A DNA stretch of 63,016 nt, counting the filler, from Phoronis australis (Eukaryota; Animalia; Phoronida), in the NCBI GenBank assembly GCA_002633005.1. It is 10 parts of 10 records of this genome, joined end to end, with 100 filler letters (N's around TTAATTAATTAA, not from the genome) between each part and the next. Parts side by side here need not be neighbours in the genome. Positions count along the whole stretch, not along the records: positions 48,969 to 54,696 come from NMRA01001495.1; positions 54,797 to 58,228 come from NMRA01003024.1; positions 58,329 to 63,016 come from NMRA01001097.1; 7 more parts are not named here. The stretch is one strand, 5' to 3'. The translations under genes were made by a program, and so were the position numbers. Below are positions 50,767 to 63,016 of this stretch, piece after piece (the stretch's first letter is position 1; every line of letters starts with the position of its first letter). A model generated the notes under the pieces. The model saw only the letters and a program-made list of their open reading frames with translations, did not search any database and had not been told where the DNA came from.

Positions 50767-53700
50767 GGAGGCACAGAACAGTTCTCACTGGGTTTTGGCC
50801 AGCAAAACACAAATCACTTGATTTGTCACCTTTTCTTCACTCTGTCAAAAACAGGATGCAAAGAATGACATGTTTTCAATTATTTCACATAAAAAGCCCT
50901 GCAGATGAGGGCAGAAACTTTATTCTCTTTTCTTCATTTTTTACACTTTCAATGCCACTGAAAACCAAGCTAGACTAAGAAAAATAGGGACAAAAAAGCA
51001 AAATCGTCACATTTCACCCCAAAAACACCACTTCCCTGCCGATATACGACTAAAACCAACAAGCAAATTGGCCGCAGCTGCAGCCTAACTATATAGTGCC
51101 ACCATGCTGATCTCCCTATTTTTTCATTAGAACATTAGTCAAAGGGGACCTGCCCAATTTTTTCATTAGGCAATCGGTCGATACTGACCTGCCCCTTTTT
51201 TCATTAGGCGATTAGTCAAAACTGACCTGTCCATTTTTCAGTAGGCCATCAGTCAATACAGTGCTGCAAATTTTTTCATTAGGCCATAAGACCATATGGA
51301 CCTGCCCAATTTTTCATTAGGCCATCAGTCGATATGGATCTGTCCATTTTTTCATTAGTCCATCAGTCGTTACAGATGTGCCCAATTTTTCATTAGGCCA
51401 TCAGTCGATATGGACCTGTCCTTTTTTATTAGACCATCATTCAATACGGACCTGCCCATTTTTTAATTAGGCCATTAGTTTAAGCAGACCTACACTTTTT
51501 ATTCATTATGCCATCAGTCGATACGGACCTGTCCACTTTTCAGTAGGCTATCAGTCGATATGGACCTGTCCTTTTTTATTAGACCATTAGTCAATGCAGA
51601 CCTGTCCATTTTTTCATTAGGCAATCAGTCAATACGAATCTTCCTATTTTTTCATTAGCCCATTAGTATAAGAGGATCTGTCCATTTTTTCATTGGGCCA
51701 CTGTGCGGACTTGCCCATTCTAAATTAGGCCGTCAGTTTAAGCAGACCTATAATTTTTATTAATTATGCCATCAGTCGGTATGGACCTGTCTATTTTTTC
51801 ATTTGGCCATCAGTCAATATAGACCTGCCCATTTTTCATTTGGCTATCAGTCGATATGAACCTGTCCATTTTTTCATTAGGCCATCAGTCGATAGGGACC
51901 TGCACATTTTTTATTAGCCATTGGAGGCACAGAACAGTTCTCACTGAGTTTTGCCCAGCAAAACCCACATCACTTGATTTGTCACATTTTCTTCACTCGG
52001 TCAAAAACAGGATACAAAGAATGACACGTTTTCCATTATTTCACATAAAAAGCCATGCAGATGAGTGCAGAAACTTTATTCTCGCTTGTATTTTTTACCC
52101 TTTCATTCCCACTGAAAACCAAGCTAGACTAAGAAAAAGTGCAAAAAAGTGCAAAATCGGCACGTTTCAACCCAGAAACAACACTTCCCTGCCGATGTAC
52201 AACTAAAACCAACAATAGATTCTGAAAGCAAATGTTCTACAGATTCCGAAAATGTGGTCCAAAAGCACTGTTGAACTAGTTTTTGGCAATTCTGGCTTGT
52301 TTGAGGGCTACCTAAAATCGCAGCCAATTTTTCAGTCGCTGCTCAGCAATGCACAATTGCAACCGGGGGCCACCATCTTGAAGAAGAGCTCAACTAGAGC
52401 CGAGAAAGTGGCCTTTTCATTCTCAGCATATTCACAAATGCAAACAAACCACATTCACTGAGCCTACATGCAACGCCCACCTACAAAATGCCCCCAAACT
52501 TGGCCTACCCCAAAATTTTAGTATTTTGGGAGTTCAAATTGGCCGCCGCCGCAGCCTAACTATTCAGTGCCAACATACGGATCTGCCTATTTTTTCATTA
52601 AGCCATCAGTCGATATGGACCCTTCCTTATTGATTAGGTTATCAGTCGATATGGACCTGTCCATTTTTTCATTAGTCAATCAGTTGATACGGACCTGACA
52701 ATTTTTTCTTTAGGCCATCTGTCGATACTGATCTGTTCATTTTTTCATTAGGCCATCAGTCGATATGGACCTGTCCATTTTTTCATTTGTCCATCAGTCG
52801 ATACGGACCTGCCAATTTTTTCATTAAGCCATGAGTCGATATGGACCTGTCCTTATTTATTAGGTTATCAGTCAATACGGTCCTGTCCATTTTTTCGTTA
52901 GGCCGTCAGTCGATAGGGACCTTTCCATTTTTCATTATGCCATTGGAGGCACAGAACAGTTCTCACATCACTTGATTTGTCACCTTTTCTTCACTCAGTC
53001 AAAGCAGGATGCAAAGAATGCCATGTTTTCAGTTATTTCAAGCAAAAAGCCCAACAGATGAGCGCAGAAACTTTATTCTCTTTTGTTTTTTGACCCTTTC
53101 AATCCCACTGAAATCAAGCTAGACTAAGAAAAATAGGGGCAAATAAAGTGCAAAATCGGCACATTTCACCTCGAAAACGCTGCTTCCCTGCCGATGCACG
53201 ACTAAAATCAACAATAGATTCTGAAAGCCAATTTCATACAGAGTCCGAAAATGTGGTCCTAAAGTACTGTCAACCAACTAGTTTTTTGTCAATTCTTGTT
53301 TGTTTGAGGGCTACCCAAAATCACAGCCAATTTCTCAGTCGCTATCCAGCAATGCACAATTGCAGCCGGGGGCCGCCATCTTGAAGAAGAGTGCAGGTAC
53401 ATGTACAGCCAAGAGAATGGCCTTTTTTATTCACAGCATGTTCACAAATTCAAACAAACCACATTCACTGAGCCTACGTGCAATGCCCGCCTACAAAATG
53501 CCCCCAAACTTGGTGTACCCCAAAACTTTAATATTTTGGGAGTGCACATTGGCCGCGACTGCAGCCTATCTTTCAGTGCCACCATACGTATCTGCCTTAT
53601 TTTTTCATTAGCTCCTTAGTCAAAGAGGACCTGCCCAATTTTTCATTAGGCAATCGGTCGAAATGGACTCACCCTTTTTTCTTTTGGTGATTAGTCAAAA

Positions 53701-54696
53701 CTGACCTGCTCAATTTTTCGTTAGGCCATCGTCCGATATGGACCTGTCCATTTTTTTCATTAGGCCATCAGTCAATATGTACCTGTCCATTTTTTCATTA
53801 GTCCATCAGTCGATACGGACCTGCCTATTTTTGTCGTTAGGCCATCAGTCGATATGTACCTGTCCTTTTTTATTAGGTTATCAGTCATTACGGACCTATC
53901 CATTTTTCATTAGGCAATTACTCGATACGGATATGCCTATTTATTCATTAGCCCATTAGTCAAAGAGGACCTGCCCATTTTTTCATGAGGCAATCAGTCT
54001 GAACGGACCTACCCCTTTTTTCATTAGGCCATTAGTCAAAATTGACCTGCCCAATTTTTCATTAGGCCATCAGTCGATACGGACCTGACCATTTTTTCTT
54101 AGGCAATCAGTCATTACGGACCTGTCCATTCTTTTGTTAGACAATCAGTCGATACGGATCTGCCTATTTTTTATTAGCCCATTAGCCAAAGAGGACCTTC
54201 CGTTTTTTCATTGGGCCAATACCTACCCATTTTTGATTATGCCATCAGTCGATACGGAACTGAACATTTTCAATTAGGTCATTAGTCTAAACAGGCCTAC
54301 CCATGTCTTGATTATGCCATCAGTCGGTGTGGACACTTCAATTTTTCATTAGCCTTTTTTCGATACGTACCTGTCCATTCTTCATTAGGCCATCAGTCAA
54401 TATAGACCTGCCCAATTTTTCATTAGGCCATCAGTCGATAGGGACCTGCACATTTTTCATTAGCCATTGGAGGCACAGAACAGTTCTCACTGAGTTTTGC
54501 CCAGCAAAACCCACATCACTTGATTTGTCACATTTTCTTCACTCGGTCAAAAACAGGATACAAAGAATGACACGTTTTCCATTATTTCACATAAAAAGCC
54601 CTGCAGATGAGTGCAGAAACTTTATTTTCGCTTGTATTTTTTACCCTTTCAATCCCACTGAAATCCAAGCTAGACTAAGAAAAATAGGGGCAAAAA
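50767..54696. repeat. Composite satellite: ~38-bp monomer arrays alternating with a ~300-650-bp spacer unit
   Basis: Monomer TTTTCATTAGGCCATCAGTCGATATGGACCTGTCCATT in arrays at about 51100-51920, 52575-52945 and 53586-54468. The spacer starting GGAGGCACAGAACAGTTCTCAC is at about 50767, 51923, 52945 and 54469. Confidence 0.92.
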
Positions 54697-55285
54697 NNNN
54701 NNNNNNNNNNNNNNNNNNNNNNNNNNNNNNNNNNNNNNNNTTAATTAATTAANNNNNNNNNNNNNNNNNNNNNNNNNNNNNNNNNNNNNNNNNNNNAAAG
54801 CCATGAACCTTCTTTCCAAATAAATGATAAACGTTTTAACACAAAATCCAGATGTTGAAGAAAACCTTTTAATTAGTTGCAACAGAAATGGGATATTTAA
54901 TTTGCAAAAAGAAATATCATCAATATTATGTGTTTGGTTTTGATTACAGACATATAAGTTGTATTGTTTAGATCAAAATAATCCATATCAAAAATTGCAC
55001 CCACTTTCAATTGGATTGAGTGAAAAAAATTTTTGAGACTTTGTGAAAATCTCATATTATTTTGGAATGCGTTATTATTGAGTGATTCAATATTGAGTCT
55101 TGAAAAGACAACGCAATCTTTTAGCAAAACTGTTCATAACAATGTGTACACAACATGAAGCAGTAACTGGTCAGTTACACAGCGCAAAGGTCATGTAACG
55201 GGTCACGAGGGAATACTTGGTAATTCAAATATTCCTGACCAGTTAATTCATAATGAATGAGCATCATTTCAAAATGTAACCATAC

Positions 55286-55379
55286 CATGTCTCTGCTGGA
55301 AGTCACCAGTTTTGTTTCATCACTGTTGAACGATACACCGGTGACTGGTCCTGTGTGGCCGCGCAATATGATGCTATCT
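55286..55379 (-). CDS. TEP1: WD40 exon, TEP1-like
   Basis: (R)DSIILRGHTGPVTGVSFNSDETKLVTSSRDM, compared with recalled TEP1 LRGHEGPVSCCSFSTDGGSLATGGRD. Phase 2-0. Confidence 0.75.
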
Positions 55380-55954
55380 CTGAAAAAACACGACGACATG
55401 TAAAGGATATCGAGAGCTGTTTAGTGAGCCTTACCGTCTAGTTGGAACATCCTCTTTTACACAATGGTGAGTCGTGAAATAAGGCAAGGTAACACTACTT
55501 CAAGACTAATGGTTACACTGTAATCAGTGAAGAGCTCAAGACTCATGTGACATGTTGCAAAGTTAAAGCAAAACATTCGACATTAAGCTATTGTGTGAAA
55601 CAAAAAGATCCCAAGCAATATCCATATTACTGAGATGGTGCTCAATATAGCTTTAATCAGATAGCCAACAACGTTAAATCTTTATTTAGTAGCATTGCAA
55701 AGCACTAATTAATTGTGAATTCAATGTCAAGTTCACAGACTAATTTTACAGGCTTTCTGCCTTTGTCTCTATTGAACTGGTAAGACATTACTACACTACC
55801 ATTCATTGCATTGTATTGCAGCTGGAGATTTATTTCATTTTGTGCTTTCTTTAACCTCAGCCCACCAAGATATCAAAATGTTAGTGAAATTGTGATACAG
55901 AATAACACTGACACTGATACAGATGCCGATGCAGATAACAACTATTATACTAAC

Positions 55955-56106
55955 CGTCCAGTCCACATGCCACTGGTAGCATTATGCACAGATACTGTGA
56001 AGTCGTCAGAACCAGCAGCAATCAGAAACTGGCTGCAGGCAAGTGCAAGAACTGCCTTGTCATGGCCTTTCAGCTTCATAGTGTCACGAGTGTTCACATC
56101 TATTGT
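55955..56106 (-). CDS. TEP1: WD40 exon, TEP1-like
   Basis: TIDVNTRDTMKLKGHDKAVLALACSQFLIAAGSDDFTVSVHNATSGMWTG(R), compared with recalled TEP1 KPVLGLATSQELLASASEDFTV. Confidence 0.75.
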
Positions 56107-56451
56107 CTAGTGCAAAAATGGAAAGAAACATAAAAATGAGTTACCGAATAACAAAATAGAAAGTCTACTTCACAGTGATGAAAGAAACTGACAGACTTGA
56201 AATAATGTGTCCTGAGGAACCCGGTGTCAGAAGTATAGGACATTCATGAGTTTTTAGGACATTCATGAGTTTTATTAACAGGTGCATTGTGCAAAGGACC
56301 CAGCACAGTGGCCTGGGCAGGCCTGCTGGATAAGACAACTATCGGAAGATTTACTGTCAAAGTAGCAAAACAAAGAAATTCTTGCTATTTTCGTCCTTAG
56401 TGCCGCCTCGTGAATAACCAGACAAGTGAAAATATAAGTCTCATAGCTCAC

Positions 56452-56558
56452 ATGTATCGTGCCCTCGCCATAGCCGGTGACCAATTGATCCTGACCCTTC
56501 GTAAACTTAACACAGTGCAGTGGGGTGGCGCTCAATGTGCACTCAGACTCCAAGTCAC
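56452..56558 (-). CDS. TEP1: WD40 exon, TEP1-like
   Basis: (G)DLESECTLSATPLHCVKFTKGQDQLVTGYGEGTIH, phase 1-0. Confidence 0.7.
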
Positions 56559-56688
56559 CTACCAGAATGAAAAATAAGACATAGTATAGTAAGTCCAAGA
56601 TAAGAATCAAGAATGCTATCATTCCAAATTCTGTCACTAAATAATAATTTTCCTTACGCACCACTGCATCCTAATACTCTCCCCCTAC

Positions 56689-56836
56689 CTGACTCTGCAT
56701 CAAACAAGCGAAAGGCTCCATCGTGGTAACCAATGGCAACCAACCGGCCATCTTCACTTAGACACACACAGAGGGCAGCACCAAATGTCTCACTGCCAAT
56801 AGACTTTAGTTGCTGACCCAAGTGACCAGACCAAAC
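56689..56836 (-). CDS. TEP1: WD40 exon, telomerase protein component 1-like
   Basis: VWSGHLGQQLKSIGSETFGAALCVCLSEDGRLVAIGYHDGAFRLFDAES(G) aligns with recalled TEP1 VWSGSLG...ALSVALSPDGDRVAVGY. AG/GT boundaries. Confidence 0.75.
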
Positions 56837-59135
56837 CTAAACAGGACAGACAACACCAATTATCAAATGGTAATAATACAAGATCACTATCCCAAAGTCA
56901 AAGAGTACATGAATCTTGTAAACCGAGATGAGTAAATATTAACGTGCATCAGTTTTACATTTTTATCTCAGTTTTGCATTTTAATGAATTGATAATTTTA
57001 CCTGCAACAAATTATCATTCATTCAGATCTCACTTAGGTGCAACATTTTTACAAAATTAAGTTGAATTGGGGTTTGCTATAAACCAGGGCTTGGAGTTGG
57101 AATGACCCATGACAAAAAAAAGAGGAAAACTTTTACCGCCCCAAAATACACAGTGCAATCTAAACAACCATATCACAACATATCGAAAGTAAATATTATT
57201 ATCACAAGATGCCCTGTAACTGTGTCGTGTTGGCAAAACACACTCATCTTAAGCAGTACCTGACATCTATTTCAGCAACAATAATGAAGGCAATTAGATG
57301 CAACAAAAGATTTTTTTTAAAATTAAAATAACGAAGATAATGATGCAAAATTTGCAGTGTGAGTGACAGAAGGTTATTCTTGATTTGCTGCAGGGAGACC
57401 TATAAAATTATTATAATTATGATACAAAATTATTAAAAAAATTTGAAAATCGACCCTGATTATCTGAAAAGCCTGAAATACATACACAATTAATTCCAAC
57501 CAAAAATTTAATTCCAACGCAATGGAAAAAAGTCAAGACAAAAACCTGTGGCTCGTACTATTAGCATGGAAAAAATGAAAGTTAAAACAAAATACTTTAA
57601 ACTATAGAACACATCAATCACAATCCTAAGTTGGCCAAACTGTACAGTAATTAAAACAGTATTTACAGGAGATAATTGTTCATAAGCCACACTGGTGTAG
57701 AACAAACTATGTGACATAAAAAGTAACTACAAGGACACTCAAAATAGGCTAGCAGAATTTGTAAACAATGGCTTGGACCAATCAGATCATTCAGAACCTG
57801 CCACATGACCATTCTCTCTTGAACTCGAGTCGATCAAAATAAGACTTTTTACCAAAAATAAAACATGAAAAATGGAATACATCAACGGCAACTTAAAACA
57901 CATTTGCAGTTGTAACAAAAAAAGCACTTTGTATCCCGTTTCGGCAGCGCGTGGAAAATTGGCGGACTCGGGTCTAACAGCCAACTTGGCAACTGCCGGC
58001 ATGGGCTTGCACGTGGGATCAAACAAAACAATTTCATACATCACTCACATCCCACGATTCCAATCCAACGAATTACAAGTTACAGTTGAATTTCCTCTCA
58101 GAAAGCGTTTTTCTTTCTTGTGTTTCATCGTTTTCAGGTAGTTCTCCACGATTTTGCCATGCACGCCATAATTGTCCCTCTGTCAACGTTTACAGAGCGC
58201 AAACCCAGACCTTTGTTGTTTGCGAACANNNNNNNNNNNNNNNNNNNNNNNNNNNNNNNNNNNNNNNNNNNNTTAATTAATTAANNNNNNNNNNNNNNNN
58301 NNNNNNNNNNNNNNNNNNNNNNNNNNNNTTATCACTTAATGAGTAACAACTGCGAGGCTGAAATTTGGTGAACACTGTTAAATCGTGCAGAATAGTAAGT
58401 AAAGTTATGTCTAACTAAATTTCACCGTAATTTGTTGGCGAAAACAATTTACACAAAGTTTTAAACTCGTAACTTATCCCGCTGTCCTCCAATATGGCCG
58501 ACGCGATCCAAACAAAGTGACCCAAATTTCGCCACAAAACTTGCATTAACTTTACACTGCTTGCCCAGATTTTGATACTTTTTCGATTTTTACTGAGTAT
58601 AATGCACTACCTTTCCGATGATAGCAAAGTACTTTTTCAAAACGAGAAACAAAATAAAACCTAAAAAAAGGTTCGACCCATATTGGTTCCTAGGTTCGAC
58701 CGCCCTACGTAAGAAACTAAACACCAATGCTATTTTAACATACTAAGTACGCGTAACATTCCAAAAAACATCAACGACCACTAACTACAAACTATAAATA
58801 CACTACATTTGCAAACGAATCACGAGATATTACTAACAAAACAAAATAATGAAGACTTTTCGAGCAAGCGATAGCACATTCAGTTACAAGGAAAAAATGG
58901 CGGCTTTCAGGACAAGTTCCTGAACTGATGAGCCGGAAATGCGGGTACGGAAATAACCGATGATCATACGCTCAGAGAAAAGGGTCAAATACGGTTGAAA
59001 AATCGTTTTTGGCAAGAAAGGCGAAAAGAATATAAAGAAAGGGTGACGAAAATAAGATTTTATGTAGTAAGTATTTTCGGATACTAGAACCACATGGGCA
59101 GTTTGCAACATGGACTTTAAACAACACCCTAATCG

Positions 59136-61717
59136 TTGCTCTAAAAATAGCGCTTTGCCGTAGGCTACAGTTTTCACGTGTACACGCGATAAATTGATAC
59201 ATTGCCTGTTCTTGAAAATATTTAAAGGGGCATTTCCTTATCACAATGAACCGATTAAAGAGACCATGGCCAATCACCATAAAGCTATAATTGTTCTATT
59301 TGAGTTGTTTGACATTCGTTTGACGTGCAGACGTTCTAAATGGGGTTGAAAGCAACGCTTCGCCTTGCCAGACCACTGCCACGTCTTTTCAAGACGGAGG
59401 AGAGGAGAACCCTATTCCTAACCCTAACCTTAACCTTAAACCCTAACCCTAAACCCTAACCCTAAGGACGACCACTGCAAACATAAATCACTGCGACTCT
59501 AAACTTTGCTCCGTTTAAACACGTCTTGCAGTTTTGAAAATTAATTTTAGAGAGTTAAAGGAGAGGTGGACACTTGCCATAACTATTGGCGCCTTATTGA
59601 AGATGTTCACGAGTTAAAGGTGGCGATTTATAGAGCACTGGGTGCTTGTTCCAATAAATGTTGCGTCTACTTTGCAATAGTTTGCAGCCCAAAACTGGTC
59701 TGCAGAAACCCAATTCGTGGCTGCCGTTCGGCTATTAATATGCCTAGGGTTGTCATTCAGTTGTTTGATGTCGTTTGCGATGAAAAAAAAATGAGACACA
59801 TGTTCAAACAGAATGTTGCCTGATATTTCCAAATCATGATCCCCTGCATTTACCTCAAACAACAGGACCGAGCAGTGTAGCAATACGGATATTGTAATTG
59901 GACAATCTCAACACATTACTTAAAATAATACGCCTTTCCATCACATAGTTTGTTAAGTTAATCCTTACAGAATTACTGGATACGTCGCTGTTTTGTGACC
60001 TGTGATCACCTGTTCTGTTGTAGTTAAGAACTTTTTTCGGCCCATCGGAAAATTTGAAAAGGATCCAAAAACTAGTCAACAAAACGCGTCAAAGACGTAT
60101 TCAGCACTATTTCATACTCACGCGTTACACGTGTGTTTACATCCTATACATCAATGAGACTGTTCTCTGTTAGTGTTCCTTTGAATTTATTTTGCAACAA
60201 GTAAATGATAGTAGGATCCATGGGAGTTGCACCATATTTGCCATGTGTCTGCCAGAAATGTACATGTATATATAAAAACTCACTAATAATATGTTGGAAA
60301 TTCCAAGCCGCATATTGCAAGTTGATACTGGTGGCCAAATCCTCAGCTTGCATGAGACTTTGAGTCTGTACAGTTGTTCTATTGCAACATTCTAACGCGT
60401 GGAGAATGTGCTCAATAATATCTGTTAGTTAACGGTGATGACGCAACTGTGTTTTTAAAAGGGAGACGTTCTTGTCATGGTCGTGTGGCTGACTTTTAAA
60501 ATTTCATTGTCACTCGTTTGATGAAAGCGAGTCATGAAATTTATCACTAGGAGTGATTATCACCCTGCTGTAGGGACATGTAACTAGTGAACACTCGGGT
60601 CTGGGAATTACGCTTGTAAAGTAAGAAGCGACATGGACCAATTCTTGATCTTTAAACGAGATTCTCTGTTCTAATGGTCACTAATATATTGTGAACTAAA
60701 ATTTTATTTCTCAACACAATTGAAACGATCGCTATTGCGTTGCTTGATTTAGCTCAGAAGCCATTGAATGCTCAAATATAGGTTTTGAACATTTCAGTGG
60801 AAAGAAATACAGTGTTGACGTGCAAATGCATGTTTAGTTATGAACTCACAAAATATCTTTTCATAGAGGCTTGGAACCCGATAAACATACTAAATTGAAA
60901 TATTGGATGTAATTCTTCACCACTGAAACAGCTTTCAAGCAGCTCACCTGGTCTTTTTAAATTTTGTTCGTAAATATTTTTAATTTCTGTTGATGACAGA
61001 GCATTTTCTTTTATTTCCAAATTTCAAAAATAAAATCTGTCAACTGCAAATGCGTGATTTTTCTGTAAATTTATTAACAAGGGGAAAGTGAATTCCTCTG
61101 TATTAGATGAGATGGTAATTTCATGAGAATTTGATTAAAAGATAAATTTAACATTTGCGGTGCAACATGTTATCATTATTTTTGGTATGGAGGATACTAC
61201 TCTATGACACATAATTTTGCATTTGTGCACGTTATTTATAAGTCTGTTTTCTATATTTTATCCAAGTTAACGTCGGGTCCAAGTGGCCGTCGGCAAGTAG
61301 AGGCAGCTTATGTTGATGTTGACTTTTTTGTATTCCTTGTTTGCTTGTCATAAAAAGGTCGTGATCGTTCCGTACTGAATATGAAAGTCTTGGACACCGC
61401 ATATTTTTGACTTTCCGTTCTTTACGCAACATCAAAAACAAAATGTTGAATAAGGTAAATCATTGATCTTGTCAAACTTTTTATACAAGTTTGAAAATAG
61501 TGTCCATGCCGAAACACTGCATTTACAATGTCAAACGAGTGTCAAAAAACTCAAGATGCAGTACGTTTCATGATATTTGTCATGGTCATAGTCTCTTTAA
61601 TTGGCTCCTTTTGATAAGGAAATGCCCCTTTAAATATATTCAAGAACAGGCGAATGTATCAATCTATCGCGTGTACACGCGAAAACTGGCCGGCAAAGCG
61701 CTCTTTTTAAAAGCAGC
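59136..61717. repeat. Diverged ~190-bp inverted repeat pair (about 59136-59325 and 61529-61717)
   Basis: GTGTACACGCGATAAATTGATACATTGCCTGTTCTTGAA...AAAGGGGCATTTCCTTATCA is matched by its reverse complement downstream. Confidence 0.8.
59419..59465. repeat. Interstitial telomere-like (CCCTAA/CCTTAA/CCCTAAA) array
   Basis: TAACCCTAACCTTAACCTTAAACCCTAACCCTAAACCCTAACCCTAA. Confidence 0.85.
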
Positions 61718-62567
61718 AGTTCGCTTGGTCAGGCCACTGCCTCGATGTCTGGAGACTCAGAACATCAGAACAATTCGTCTGGATTTTCGGCAAAATGTGA
61801 ACCACGTGATTGATTGACCATCAGTCTTATTAGAAGAATGGTTTTGGTAAAATGTGTTTCATCATGTGCTTAATACGTAGAGAGGGGTTCATTCTTTTCT
61901 AGGTTTTACCAGTTACCACTTTGTTCAATGTCATTGACAAGTTGAATGTGTTCTCTCTGCATTTGTTCCTAACCAGTAAAACACCATATAGGCCTACCAA
62001 AGATTGACTAATTGAATATTCCTTAAACTACTTCATACTTCAGTTGTATTTTAATAATAGCCAATTCCAATATCATTTTAATCATGTATTGGTATTCTGT
62101 CACAATTCTATTCCTGTTTGTCAATGACACACATTCGTTAGAAATTATTTTGGACCTCGGACAGAAGTGAAACTGGACGTATAACNATATCATTTTAATC
62201 ATGTATTGGTGTTCTGTCATAATCCTATTCCTGTTTGTCAATGACACACATTCGTTAGAAATAATTTTGGACCTCGGACAGAAGTGAAACTGGACGTATA
62301 ACTTAGTTTTACCATGTTTTTCAATTGATGCACCCAGCAGGTATGGTCGATATACTAAGAAAACTAGGCGACCTTGAACATTGCTGTCCAATACATGGTA
62401 TTTTGTGGCTAACAAAGGAAAATTTAATTAAATGTTTTACTCACATCAAATTAACAGAGAATCTGTGTACAATTGTGATATTTCAACGTTTGTATGATGA
62501 ATAATTAAGATTCACAGTGAAGTTAGTGATTGTGAAGTTTGCTATAACTTTTTCATTGTTTCTGCAG

Positions 62568-62663
62568 GACTGCACAGCACTTCACCTGGCAGCAGAGAGG
62601 GGCAGGACGGAGGTGGTGAGGGTGCTGGTGCAGGGAGGGGCCGATGTGGACGTGCAAGACGGG
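62568..62663 (+). CDS. Single ankyrin-repeat exon
   Basis: ctgcag|DCTALHLAAERGRTEVVRVLVQGGADVDVQDG|gtaata matches the consensus TALHLAA..G..EVV..L...GADV...D. Phase 0-0. Confidence 0.88.
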
Positions 62664-63016
62664 GTAATAGAAACTACTTGAGACGACATTAGAATTAAGA
62701 CTATGCTATCTTTATTACAAAAGCTGTAGACTATCTGAAGTTTAACTAAATATTTTGTGTGTAAATACACTTTTCATATCTCATGATTTCAACAAATATT
62801 TTTTAATCTGTACCGTGTACATGCATTTTACGAAACAGTGAGGTTTGAATTGTGTCAACAATATATTTGTGGACTTATAGTTGATACTTTTCTATTCTTA
62901 ATGACAATCGTCCATTCAACATTACAACTTTATATTAAACACGAAGCCAGAAAATCGGTGAAGAAATACAACATGGCGGGATCGCTGTCAAGTTATGGAG
63001 GAACTCTGTAATTTCT

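Noticed and set aside
51100-54468. CRISPR-like array (38-bp periodicity)
   Set aside because: Monomers are head-to-tail and degenerate with no unique spacers, there are no cas genes, and the context is eukaryotic.
58925-58960. Second hammerhead candidate CTGATGAGCCGGAAATGCGGGTACGGAAA
   Set aside because: Helix II does not close directly onto GAAA, and I found no helix I/III or NUH site.
55286-59465. TEP1-like gene next to telomeric repeats as a functional cluster
   Set aside because: The two are on different scaffolds separated by the linker at 58229-58328, so the adjacency is arbitrary.

Overview
This is eukaryotic DNA (AT-rich, intron-containing, most likely a bilaterian invertebrate), and it is not one locus. 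It consists of 10 short scaffolds joined by nine artificial 100-bp linkers (N44-TTAATTAATTAA-N44), so neighbourhoods across linkers mean nothing. Reading exons by GT/AG boundaries gives fragments of several genes: cytoplasmic dynein 1 heavy chain (6 exons, minus strand), the last two exons of an alanine aminotransferase, a convergent EGF + C-terminal EMI-like gene, a secreted PAN/apple + Ca-binding EGF gene, the last exon of an L-threonine aldolase, four WD40 exons resembling TEP1, one ankyrin exon and a two-exon 5' end of an unidentified gene. Most of the rest is transposon-derived: a Penelope-like element with a GIY-YIG endonuclease and inverted pseudo-LTRs that each carry a minimal type I hammerhead ribozyme, an RTE-X-like LINE (ORF1 interrupted by a nested insertion, ORF2 with two nonsense codons), an Academ-like fossil, a Helentron/HINE-like element, MITEs, and a 38-bp satellite with higher-order structure. 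The most notable observations are the hammerhead ribozymes in an ALT intron, a triplicated EGF splice-acceptor cassette and the C-terminal EMI-like domain. I cannot show that any of these is a wholly new system.
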